Assembly: GCF_964355755.1 (NCBI RefSeq)
Contig: NC_092673.1
Location: 21,821,648 to 21,885,647 of the forward strand
DNA length: 64,000 bases
From: Antedon mediterranea
Lineage: Eukaryota > Animalia > Echinodermata
Reading direction: 5' to 3'
Position 1 is the stretch's first letter; each line of letters begins with the position of its first letter. Under the pieces are notes generated by a model, which worked only from the letters and a program-made list of their open reading frames with translations, had not been told where the DNA came from and did no database searches. Made by a program: the position numbers and the translations under genes. Below are positions 38,302 through 51,300 of the stretch, in pieces.

Positions 38302-39463
38302 TTTTTCTCAAATCGAATGACAGCACACACAAGATGATTACATCAACTCAATCTAAAGAAAAAAAAAACAATAATTAATGTTAAAAATATTAATTAAATG
38401 TATTAGTATGCTTCTTTTGTTAGCACAAGTAGATGTGATGTCCTTTTGATGCAAGTACTATCTTGTACATACTGTACTGTACCCGTCAGTTCCTGGAGTG
38501 TGAATGTACCAGGACAACTTGTTAGCTAACTTGTTTATTCAAAGACAATGGAATCTATGTCATAACATGATGAGAAAAACCTGGCAAAGTGAAACAGAAA
38601 ACCGCTTTATTGATAATAATGAATAAATTACTGCAAAGCTAGTGCATTCATTTTCACAGTACAACATAGTGAGCAAATACTCTACCATAAACCGAAATTA
38701 GTAAAATTACAAGGACCACTGTAAATAGGTTGATATAAGTGGTGGTTCCATGTGTATGCAGCTCCTATCTTAATTTATGTATATAGTATCTGGAAATAGT
38801 TTTTTACAGTAGAGTATAACAATGACATAAATAAAACCATTGTGTTAAAAAATAAGCTAGCTGCTTACAGAATAACAAGGCAGATCAGTGGTATCAAATA
38901 GAAATGTACAGACTACTGTACAGGCTTACTCATTTCTATACTACAGTAATTAATTTCCGTCGTACTGTAGAAAATTCACAATCATCGTCAAAAAAATCAA
39001 CTTCCAATGTCACTTATTGTAGCCTACACTCATGCAACATCCTCTTCCTATGTTAACTATTACTTACATTGAACTTGACAAAAATACTGTACATGTAACT
39101 TCCTCCAGAAGGCCTGATGCTGAACGACTTGAAAATACAAGGCTTAAATATTGATTGCAACCAAGAGAAGAATTGATTGTTAAGTTGTATCAACAGGCCT
39201 AGAAAATCTTGAATTGAATCTGATTGTGTTGTCATAGCAACTCTTTTTCATCATCCAACGACAGCTGGATATGTTTGCTGTCCGCTCTAAGATCCCAATA
39301 TGGATGAATTAACTAAATACCTGTAGCATAGATATTTATTGTATTTTGGATCTATTTCTGCTTTTTATGTTTATTGAATAAATAAATAAAAATACTCAGA
39401 TAAAATTTAAAACAATGCAAAAATTCCCAGGATTTTTTTCCAACAAAACAAATGTTTAATTAA

Positions 39464-40002
39464 AAATGTATTGTCCCTTTGACTAATTCCCCCAAATTTT
39501 TTTTTTTAATTTCGAAAAAAAGTGGGTCATTTTGAAGTATCATAATAGTTATTAACTAGTTAATTAGTAAAAAAAAAAAAATAATTTAACCGAAATACAG
39601 ATGTTTTTTTGTTCAAAAAATAACTTTGACTTCCAGTCAAAGTTTTCAATCAAAACATATCCCATAATGCAATGCGCTTGTTTGGCTACTCTGTATGCAT
39701 AATCATAAAACTTCCTCGCGATCTGTGTGAAAACACCTTCTCAACCGTGATGAGTTGTAAACAATCCTAATTAGCATATGCATAATGCATACTCATGGTT
39801 TGAAATCTTTGTTTACTTTCGCTTGCGACGATTTCTCAGACGAAATGTAATCTAATTAATTTACCTGTTAATTACGTAAACTGTTGTTTTTGGCTCGAAT
39901 TTTCGACTTAAAGTGAATAACTTTAATATTACTTTGATATGGCCAATTTAAATTTAGAATATTTTTTTTTTCATTTTTTGTGTTTCAAGGGACAATACAT
40001 CT
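39464..40002. mobile_element. TTAA-flanked non-autonomous DNA element (Kolobok/piggyBac-like), family B
   Basis: TTAA-AAATGTATTGTCCC ... GGGACAATACATCT-TTAA. Related termini at 43803-44779 and 58859-59059; fragments at ~59374 and ~63880-63990. Confidence 0.65.
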
Positions 40003-40214
40003 TTAATATACATTTTTTGAAACACATGTTTTGTAGTGTGTACTGTAGTTTATAGGTAACATTACTTATTTTATTAAAACAATTGGTCCTAATCATCTCA
40101 TTGAGGCCTTTAAAAAAATAGAAACAAGGGGGAGGAAGTGTCCCCTATTAGTACTGTGGTTTAGATTTGTTCACAATAGTTATTCATACTGTAATCCAGT
40201 AGATGGATTCATTA

Positions 40215-40354
40215 AGCTCTGTCTACACTATCAAACTACAGTAGTTTGACAAAAAAGTGTGATGTGCCCAAATATGGCAGTGATTGCTTAAATATGGTAG
40301 TGATATGACATCACATTTTGTTGTCACATAAAGTTTGATAGTGTAGACAGAGCT
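40215..40354. mobile_element. MITE family A, full copy with TTA target duplication
   Basis: Perfect 23-bp TIR AGCTCTGTCTACACTATCAAACT / AGTTTGATAGTGTAGACAGAGCT; TTA on both sides. Confidence 0.9.
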
Positions 40355-43300
40355 TTAGGGATAGGGTTCCTAAATTCCGATAATTATAACTAAACTACTG
40401 TATGCAAAAGATAGAACATCAGATTAAGTTCAGCCCTTCATTTCACCATTTTCAATCTTGGATCCATCACTGAACTTTCCTAGGAACTTCCCTCTTGGGG
40501 ATTTTGTACTGGTAAAATATGTTTAATTATTATCCAGTTTATTCTTGCACAATTTCAAAATATTTCACTAAATGTAAACAGTATGACTTCAAATTAAATT
40601 AAAACGAATATGAAGCTAGGTTGTTAAGCAACAGCATAGTACCGTCTTATAAAAAAAAGCATTAAACATTGTAATCTTGGAGCTTCTTAATATTGCTCAA
40701 AAGCACTTAATTTTAATCAACGCATACCACACATTTATACTGATTGATACTGATAGTAAATAAACAGTAAGAAAATTCTTCTTGGATAAGGACTATAAAC
40801 CATAGTACACAGTTATAACCAGTGTTATAACCAGTGTACACAGTTATACCAGTATAACCTGCACTTTAAAGAACCCAGTTCATCATTCTAGACAAGACAT
40901 ATAATAGAATTTAGTAACTTTTTTTTCATAAAAAATACTAAAATTCAGTACTGTACAGTAGGTACTGTAGTCACTGTGATGAATACGTAAACTTACCTAA
41001 AGTTAAGGACTCTCTCTCTCGAGAGAGAAGACAAAATGGCTTACAAACATACCATTATAAAATGGTTAACAACGAAATAAACATTAATCTGCAGCCTGTA
41101 CCAAAAGTGAAGGAGCAAGAATGGATCAAAATGAAATCACACACAGTTTAGTCATGAAATATACTCATTCCTTCCAGAAAACAATGAAGAAGTGGAACAA
41201 ACTGCCCTAAAAAGCTGTAGATTCAAGAGTGTTGTTAACATTGAGCTATGCCTAGATAATTCAAGGAGATTTATCTTGAATTAAGCCACTCCTCCAAGGT
41301 CTCTAGACAGACTTCCAGTAGAGGGCAACCATCAAGTACCAAGTACACAGCAGATATTACTAATTCAGCTTAGGACTTGCTTAAATACACTTTGTTGATT
41401 TACTATTATACTACGGTATACACTAGTATATACTTCTTAAATGATGTTAAATTATTGGTGGACATAAAATAACACAGTTATTTGTAAAGTATTGGAATGT
41501 CCCACCTACAAAAAAATGTCATATTGTGGTTCTGCTCAATTTTATTAATTTACAGTAAGCTTGAGTTATTGTATAGGAATTTATCAACAATACAACAATT
41601 GCTGTCTGTGGTAATCTACTGTATTCCAGTTGATTTCATAAAATGAATACAAAAAAACCACACAAAACAGGTATTATACAATACTCAAGTATGACAAACA
41701 CAAACAGTGAAAGAATACAACTTGATGAGTCAATAAATACAGTAGGAATAATTTGACAATACAATGATTTAATATTTAGTTCCACACAGGACTAAAAGAC
41801 AGAGACTATACTTTATTTCTTATATCTAGTAGTAGTACACATGATAATACTCGGTTTAAAACTACAGTACTGTACAATACAGGAGAGGTAATAAATTATC
41901 ATCAGTCGTTTTTATTACATAGGCTAACGTCACAGCACATGTATCATGGAGTAAAGAATAACTCCATGCATGTATTAACTAGGGAATACGTAGATTCCTA
42001 TGATGATGATGCCATCCATGGGTACAACATTAATCTCCAACACGTATGAACTATAAATAATGTCGCTGTATATTTTAAATTGTTTTCAATTTCCATAGCA
42101 ACAAACAGGTTAATCAAAACTGTATAATGTACCAAACATCTACATATTCATACCATTATATTCAGTATTGAAAAATGTAACATACTTTTTTTTAAAGAAA
42201 TATTAAGAAATCTAAATGAATTTATTTCTGATGATAATTGATTTGCATTTACAATTGAAATATATTTACATAAGAGAGGAAGTTTTGTACTGTATATTAT
42301 TATGCATTGCTACTGCACACATCACATACAGTACTGTATGCATACACAGTATGCAAACATACACAGTATGCAAACTACTTTTGAACCCCGTGCCCTGAGG
42401 CAGGTACAGTACATTTGCTAAAGTGTATTTACTGTATAGAGATTAACAAATACTGTATACAGTACTGTATTTTTTATCACTCGCAGTACACTGTACTAAA
42501 GTATTCTTCAGAATACAAACCTTATATACTGTACATTCATTGTATTATGAATCTTCCTGTACATATCCGTAAAAATTATGAGACACTTAGTCAAGTTGAA
42601 TTTAAACATCTTCTATATAACTTCTATTGTAACATAGTTTTTTAGCTTTTATTTTTCTTGTATTTTTTTTCAAATCTGGACCTCTTGGGAGACCAGTACT
42701 TGTGTATTGAAAGAGCTATTCCAGAATAAAGACAGATTTGTATTGTATTGTATTGTAACTATGTTTACTCAAATGATAACAAATAAAAGAATAACTTAAA
42801 TCTACGATGACAATATAACGATCAAGCCAGTATGTAAACATGCTTTGATTGCGAAACAGTGATTAAAAAACATCAGAGGGCAGGTGGCGTGATTAAAAGT
42901 GGATAGAAAAAAATCTATTCTACAGTGTTTTACACTATTTACATAAAAATATATTGATTTTTAATAATCACTTTCATAATATAAAATATGCAATAAGTCC
43001 TGTAATTATGCCTTTTATTCATATTATTGTGTTTTTCTAACATCAACTGAATTAATTTAATAATTGTTTCATGACACCATTCAACATACAGTAAGTGGCA
43101 AATATTGCACAAAGTGTATGCTGTGACCTTGTTGTACACATTGACCATTCGCAAATCAGTTCTCTACTAGTAATAGTACAGTAGTACTGCAGTAAGTAAC
43201 TATTAATGGTCAGATGGTGAGAAAAAAAACAATGATTTAAACAACTTGAGCATTATTAACCATTCAGCCAATCAACTAGCTTACGAGCAGAGTCGATTTA

Positions 43301-43802
43301 TTATGCCCTCTATTTGTCAATTATTGTATACGACTATAGTATGACCACTATGTTTAATGTACTGTACTTGTCAGTGTCAATCAAGCCCAACATTTGTAAT
43401 TTGTATTCATGTACTGTATTCTGGACAAGGAAAAAATGACCAATTCACAATAGAAACATAAAACCTGAACACTTTAAATACCATTTCTTTCTATCCATAA
43501 CTACTATACGAAACCATGGAGGAAAAAATAATAATTTTTTTTCCTCCATGAGGAAACCAAATGTTAATGGGAATAAAAGACAACACATTATTAAATATTC
43601 TTTGATCTCTGTAGGTTAATCTATTTTGCACAACAGCATGGTTTTCTCATTTGCTTTATCCTCCATAATATTGGATAAAAAAATCAATAATATTTATACA
43701 GTGAGGCAATGCAAATATTGTTTTGTAATATGTACAGGCATTATACTATTATTAGTATTACTGTACAACAGCAATTTCAAAATTTGGAATAATATATTAT
43801 TT

Positions 43803-44779
43803 AGATGTACAGTATTGTCCCCCAAAAACATGAAAAATGAAGATTAATTAAAATCAGACTTTGAATAAGTTATTTTGTAGTTTTAATAAAGTTAATCACT
43901 TTCGTAGAAAATAAAACGAACAAAAATAATGTTTTCACTTATAAAATGAAAAAAAAATTTGTTAAAGCCCCCTTCCCTACGGTTTTTAGATCTAATTTAA
44001 GATCACAAACTATATTTAATGTAAAAATAATACTATATGGTCCTATTGCGATAACTTTTTTGGTCTTTAAACGGTTAAAAATGTGAAAAATAAGTTGATT
44101 CTAATAATTATAGCGGCCCGCTATAAATCCCAAAATGCATTGCGCGCGGATTGATATTTTTGTTTTTCACCTGTAATTCGACTTTTCGATCGATCGTGAG
44201 GCCAAAACAAATGGAAGACTCCTAACTTTTCAGCGAAAATACCGGGTTTTCCCCAATTTGTATCAACGGAGTCTGGCAAAAATAGAAAGACAATTAATGC
44301 AGCAACTATACAACGTCAGGCTAGGTATATAGCTAGCGTATGATGTTCGTACGTTACCGATGTTTACCAGCTAGGCCTAAAAAACTAAGCCTAGCTAGGC
44401 TAGGCCTAAGACCGTCCACAAGAGGTCGATCGCCGCGAGCTACTTAGGTAGTGCATTGTTTCTCACTTTTTATCATAATTTACCATAAAACGTACATTTA
44501 AGACAAGGAATGACATGGTTTAATGTTTTAAAAGTGATATATATGTATTATTTTCCAAAAAAACGTCCAAAATTGCAGGGAAGGGGTCTTTAAATTCAAC
44601 CAAACACATTGGGTTTTACTATTTTTTTGCTTTACATTTCTTTATTTTTTCCAGGAAAATAAAATTTGTTTTTATCCAATTTTTGGTCAAAGTTAATAAC
44701 TATTATGTGATATTAATATGGCATTATTCAACAACAAAAAATGTTTAAGAATTATTTTTTCAGGGGGACAATATTATCT
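43803..44779. mobile_element. Family B element containing a nested TTAA-flanked element (43966-44589)
   Basis: Outer termini GATGTA(CAGTA)TTGTCCCCC...GGGGGACAATATTATCT-TTAA. Inner TTAA-AGCCCCCTTCCCT...AGGGAAGGGGTCT-TTAA. Confidence 0.65.
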
Positions 44780-45279
44780 TTAACATTGTTCTTTATTTTA
44801 AAACACACTGTCAGTTTGTTGTCTATATAGAAATATCATACTACAGAAAAAACTAAAAAAACATTCTGCATTGAATGGTTAAAAAACTGTATAAACTAGC
44901 CACCAATAATAGTTAAATAAATTAAGTTTTAATCATTCATTAAAAAAAAAGTGACTGCTGCAATTTAAAATGCGTGTACTCCTCTATTCAAAATTATAAA
45001 AGAACAAAACATTAAAGAATTAATTTCCTTACTACTACGTACTATTAATTGTGGAGTTTATTATGGATTATAGAAAGTTCGGATTAAGTACTCTCTAAAA
45101 AGAGATGTACCTGAATTCAACGGTGTCATCATGAGTTTGTTAGATTTACTTACAGTATTCAACAGAGTTCAATAGAACAATTACAGTTAGGAAAACAAAT
45201 TAAAATATCTTTGTAAGTTCCACAATCAATAAATTGATTAATACGGAGCTAGAAAGCCTACTTTTATATACTGTAGTGG

Positions 45280-45525
45280 CTGTGTGTGACAGTACCTGTT
45301 GAACTAATAAACGCCAGGATAACCCCTTACTCTTTTCGAAAGATGTACTAGGTTCTTTAAAGGACAAATGAGCATTTTGTGTACATTGGACCTACGGTAT
45401 AGTCCTTATCCGAGAAGACTTGTTCTTCCACTAGAACCATGGAGCGAGTGAGGCTCGAACCATTGCCGATGTTATGGCTACATATTACGGTTCCACTGTC
45501 TTAAACTGCTCAGTTACTCACTCAC
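45280..45525 (-). mobile_element. Deu/Nin-type tRNA SINE, reverse copy of 575-850
   Basis: Reverse-complement similarity across head and body with 575-810. Confidence 0.75.
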
Positions 45526-46287
45526 AATGAGTACAAAACATTTATTGTTTTTTTACATTGTAAAACAAACAAATGTTCTATATTTTGCATATTTTGCAAA
45601 ATGTAGGAAGATGTGATGCAATTAAGTTATATAGGGTTGTAATAATATCAATTGCAGAAATGTAAAACACTGAGTCACTGGTATCTATTTTAAAGTAAAA
45701 TAATAATTAATTTCAAAATGTTATGGTAATCTACCAGAAATAAAAACAAACTGTTCAGTCTTTAAAACCTTTTTTCACGCTGCTGCTCTAGCCCGCTACA
45801 TCCCATTAGGACTACTCAATCAGAAGCAGTTATAGTTCTAAGGACGACAGTTTTGCGAAAATGGAAACTCCACTATAATTTATTGATTCCAGCTGCTACA
45901 GTAGACCAAAAAAACGTCTGGGAAAAGAGTCTATTAGGACATGTCATGCTAAAATTACAAATCCCAAACCATTTCTGGTATATTCACTGTCAGATATTCA
46001 TTGAATTATTATCGAAAAAGTCCATTAAAGTTTGTGTTTGTAATAGGATACTTCACACTTGAAATATCTAGGGTGATGAAGTGACTTGACCTTAGCAATA
46101 AAATTAACTAAAGTGACAGAAATTGAGTATTCACTTCTGTAACAAATAAATAATATTTATTCACATATAAAAAGAGAAAAGAAACCCAAAAACCATTGTC
46201 TGACAGACAATTTAAGTATTTGTTGCTTTAAATTACATTTTTTTCAGGTAATATTAATATTTATTATGCAATTCATGCAATATAGTA

Positions 46288-46500
46288 AATTCTATGTCAT
46301 GCCAAGCTGTCATTTATTAAAAGCAATAGAGTTATCTTAGTTTTTAATAATATCTTTAGTAGTTTTAAATAGATATCTTATCTTAGTTTTTAATAGAGAT
46401 ATCCCTGTTAATCCGTATATCTCTATTTAGTAGAGATCTCTATTTAAAACTAAGATATCTTTATTACCGAATAAATGACAGCTTGGTGCGCCATAGAATT
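46288..46500. mobile_element. Foldback MITE
   Basis: AATTCTATGTCATGCCAAGCTGTCATTTATT versus AATAAATGACAGCTTGGTGCGCCATAGAATT; internal TATCTTAGTTTT/AAAACTAAGATA inversions. Confidence 0.65.
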
Positions 46501-47614
46501 CAGTATTATTGATTTTTAAAAAGGGTAAACATAATTATTTTAATGCCAGCCCACCATATGTTTCTAAAGCTTTTCAATAACCTTCACATTTCCTGACTGA
46601 AATGACGACAAATCACACCATCAACTCTGACCAATGATGTAGCTGGAGTACATTGGTACAGTAGCACCCTAGGTCTGTCATTGAGGCTGGTTAATAATAG
46701 TCTAATGAAATCATCTAGAGCCAACTTCTCATTTTGACTGTAAAAACAGTAGGCCTATGTACTGTATAGGATAAAAACTTACAGTAATGAAATTTTGTTT
46801 ACACAATTTGGTAGACCCCATAATGCTACAGTAGTAGTATTATGGGGTTATGTACAGTACAGATACCTTTTTTCTCCTCATTTACATTTCATTGGACAAT
46901 ATTAATTGGACAATTTAATTTCAAAAATATTTTTGCTGTATATTTTAGGCCTACAGTATAGTAGTGTTATCTGTAATCCACTTCTTAAAATCAGTACCCT
47001 TGAATGAAAGTGGTATTATATACAGTAAAAGAAAAACAAAATACTGTAATATTCGAAATAAAATTCTAAAGCCCACTAACCTGGAAAAATAGCAAACATC
47101 CAGTTAACATATTAATAACTAAGAAATGAAATGGCACACGGCGCTTGTTGCTGTGCTACTGTAAAGCCGTACAATGCAATACAGGATGTATTAAATTGTT
47201 GATATTGTTTGTATAGGAGTTTAAGCTAATAATAGCAACATTATCATAGCAACTAGCAACATTATCATAGCAACATTATTACTGAAAATATTCAATATAA
47301 TTATACATACATTAATATCTATATTAGTAGCCCTATACTGTACAGTATTATACATTTACTGTACCGTATGCATTCTTTAATATTCAATAATATATTCTTT
47401 AGAATTCAATTCTGTCTCTTTTTTTAAACAAACATACTCATTGTTTCCACTGACATACAGTAAAGAAATTGTAAAGTTCATCAAATAATAAATAAATTTA
47501 TACTGTACTGCACACACCATCAGTGCAGACAAATGTTTCTAACCATTTTGCATTCAATGGTTAATTATTAACGAATTATATTTAAATGTTCTCTGCTGTA
47601 TTTTACAACAAATA

Positions 47615-47960
47615 GCAAGTAGGACCAATAGCCTTATTTAAAGCAAGTAGGACCAATAGCTGTATTAAATTACAACTAGGACCAATAGCTGTATTACAGT
47701 ACTAGGACCAATAGCTGTATTACAGTACTAGGACCAATAGCTGTATTACAGTACTAGGACCAATAGCTGTATTACAGTACAACTAGGACCAATAGCTGTA
47801 TTAAAATACAACTAGGACCAATAGCTATATTAAAGTACAACTAGGACCAATAGCTGTATTACAGTACTAGGACCAATAGCTGTATTACAGTACAATTAAA
47901 ATACAACTAGGACCAATAGCTATATTAAAGTACAACTAGGACCAATAGCTGTATTACATT
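47615..47960. repeat. Minisatellite, ~12 copies of 26-29 bp CTAGGACCAATAGCTGTATTACAGTA(CAA)
   Basis: Directly visible tandem array. Confidence 0.92.
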
Positions 47961-48250
47961 AAAAGTAGGAAATGGAGATTAGCAGAGCCAAGCAGCGCCT
48001 CAGTTCTTTAAAGCTAGATTTGTGGTCGTGAAATACAGGGATATAGAGGAAGTCATACTGGTAAAAAGTAATATGAACTTATAAACTAACTGTAAATACA
48101 AAAATTATGGAATTTACCACAAATTAAACACTGCTCTTCTGTTGCCTTATTTAAAAAATTGCTCAAAACTCATTTTTTCGACCACCACTAACATGCCCAG
48201 CACCTTTGATTTTGTACCTCGGTCTTTGAATTGACGCTTTATAAATTTTG

Positions 48251-48284
<34 letters not shown>

Positions 48285-50075
48285 GTACATTTAAATTTAA
48301 AATACAGGTTGTCTGAATTTCAAATAGAAATATTTTCTACAAATAAAATTGATGAATACAAAATTTGAGTTCAAATAAAACTGTACCTCCAAAATAATAG
48401 AGACCATTTTATGACCTTTAATTAAAAATTTAAAAAAAGTTAATGATTGTGCTCTTTAAATTATTTTTCATATAAAAACCACAATATGTTTAAATCTTTA
48501 ATTCCATCAATGTGTTAATAGTGTATACTATACTAAAGTATACACTATTTTAATGACTTTGAAAGCAATCTTACTCTACTCGTATACATATTGTGTACAG
48601 CTATAATGTATATTTTATTTTTAAAGTCTGTTAATTTTCACACAATAAAAAAAGCATAAAAAATAAAAGCCATCCAATTGTCATCATAACCATGACGACA
48701 ATGTAAATAAGTATTATTACTGAAATAAAGAATAAAGGATACGTGATTAAGGACCAACTGGTTGGTATTATCAAACAATTTATTTTTAGGGTAAAAACCC
48801 ATATCTATTGATGTTTTGTTAATACAATTTTAAGTCTAGTATTTCCATGGTGATAAAACAATCGTAAACTATAACTATACAGTGTACTGAAATAGTTCAA
48901 ATATAAATAAAATCGTAAAGATTGAAATAACTAGAAAATGATAATTTACAGTACAGTATTTCAATATTGTCATAGGATATAATATCAATAAATTCACGGA
49001 ATTGTACAGTAAATTCAATAACCAATGACAATCTATAACAAATTATAGCTGTACCTTTTTTTAAAACGTATTGGATATTTAACCTACTAATTGTAGAGAA
49101 ATGATCGTTCTCGTTTTAACAGATTTATTTTATATAACTTTATAAGATGGCATAATGATAAATAGATACTGTACAGGTATAGGTGACAAAAGTATAGTAC
49201 AGTTAGTTACGTATTTAATTTGGTAATTTCCCTAGTCAACAAAGTCTTCTTTCTTAAATATGAGGAGTTGACAATACTGACTCAGGATTTTGTTTATTAG
49301 TCAAAATATGGTTGTTCTCATTACAGATCAATGTCCCTTCAAAAATATATTGCTATCAATTTATTATAATTATATTTAAAAAAAATTCATTTTATTGATA
49401 TTCTTCTTGTTGAATTTCTTCTAAGTTATAAATTCAATTAATTTATTTTATAGGAAGATTAATGGGTGTGGCTTGTGAAGGTCAGATAATGATGTAATCT
49501 ATACATTGGTAATATCGTACACTATAACTTTAAAGTATTACAAAACTATAAAATAAATATAACACAATTACCGTTTTAACAAGAATGTTTACGATATAAA
49601 ATCTGACAAAAAAAACAGAAAACGCTACTCACAATTTAATAATATTATCAAGTCGCACCATAAAGAGCACATACTTTTGTGAAACCTTTACAATGAAGTG
49701 TTTGTCACGGAATGCTATATACACTATTCTTTATTGCCTAGCATTTAAAGTAACCTAGAGGCTTGTACAGCACACTGAAACCAAACAATTGCCAACAAAA
49801 TTTGGAGGACACTGGCATTGTCCAAAGTTACATAGTGATAATCTGGTAGCATTTAGTTGTTAGGCTAATAGATTGTTATGCAAATTGGGCAGATTTTGCT
49901 GCAGAACTTGCATTAGTCATGTGTGTGAGTTCAGATTTTTGAACTGGTCACTGTCCAGGTCAGATAATCTTTTAGATAATCTATCCCCTTCTTATGACGC
50001 TACAGTATGACCCTACAGATATTGAGAAATGAAATATGTTCTTCCTAAATCTCAGTTCAAGGTTTAAAATCCTTA

Positions 50076-50224
50076 AGTTCTGTATTAAACTATCAAACTT
50101 TATGTGTCAAAAAAATTTGCCCATATGGACATGATGATGATGTCATATCACTACCATATTTGGGAATCACTGCCATATTTGGCCACATCACACTTCAAAC
50201 TAGTTTGATACTGTAAACAGAGCT
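50076..50224. mobile_element. MITE family A copy (TTA flanks)
   Basis: Degenerate TIRs and same internal repeats. Confidence 0.75.
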
Positions 50225-51080
50225 TTAGAATAAATTGACCCATGTTCAACAAACAAGGTTTGACTGTATAGATTGTTATTTAATTATTTATTTTAAAGAT
50301 GATTCACCTTTGGAATGATGGCACTCACACAAATTCTGATGCCAGTAAAATATTGTACAAACATCAAACAACTATAGTTTAATAAAGTAGTAGAACAGAG
50401 TAAAAAATAAAAGCCAGTAAAAGTTAGATTTTAAACTCAAATATGACACAATCGTTTCAAAAAAATTAAAACTGCAGTGTTATAAATTTACAAAAAATCA
50501 AAAACCAATAGACTAAAACAATCTTTTGCATGAAGGGGTTTTGAATTGCAGCATGTCTAAAGTTTCAAAATAGATGACATTACTATTCTAGTTCTAGTGG
50601 TACAAAATTGCAGTCTACAGTATGTTGCCATATTGGTTAGAGTGCAGTGTGAATTTCCAATTCCGTTGGGGATATGCCTACATTCTGTGCTATAACTTAT
50701 ATTATAATTTTTTTTTAAATATCGCAATCAAACTGATAACATAGGGGCCGCTAGGCCTACCGTAATATTAAGCCTAATAACATTCAAAACACAGGATTAG
50801 AAATTGATTTTTATTGTAACCAAAATAAAGCTTATTAATGTGACTGATATCAATGTATTATTTTTGAAAAAACTAGGCCTAGTGCTGTTACAGTAGGTTA
50901 ACTAGGCCTAGGCTAGCCAGGGCCGGCCCTAGCTAGCCTAATCATGTACCTAGGCGGCAGGCCTCTAGTCTAGGCTACCTACTAGCTAGGGCCTAGGGCC
51001 TAGCCTAGTCTAGCTAGGCCTAGCCTATAAAAAGATAGGCTAGCCTAGGCATAGAGTATTGCTTAAACTTTAAGACTTAC

Positions 51081-51300
51081 CACCGGGTGTAGGTACCGGA
51101 TCACTATTAGTAGAATGCTGAATCTCCAATATATAATTGATGTCGGTTTGACATCATCTTTTTATTATTATTATTTTGTTACAATACGACAGCAGAAGTA
51201 CCGCCGCGCCGTCGTATCATTTTTATCACACCACCACCACAAAACCAAACTTTTTTAATTCGATATAATAATAAGCGCGCCCTCAATGTTTAGCCGTCTG
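51081..51300. promoter_or_regulatory. Candidate bidirectional promoter and non-coding first exons for tincar-like (minus) and BBOX paralogue A (plus)
   Basis: Minus-strand donor GTAAGT at 51080 and plus-strand donor GTACGT at 51301 bracket a locally CpG-rich core (CCGCCGCGCCGTCG, AGCGCGCCCTC). Dense CTAGGCCTAG clusters lie just outside both donors. Both genes have acceptors upstream of their ATG (38353; 52598). Confidence 0.5.

Noticed and set aside
37986-38378. Overlapping alternative-frame ORFs over the tincar-like exon
   Set aside because: Shadow ORFs of a real coding exon with no recognisable motifs.
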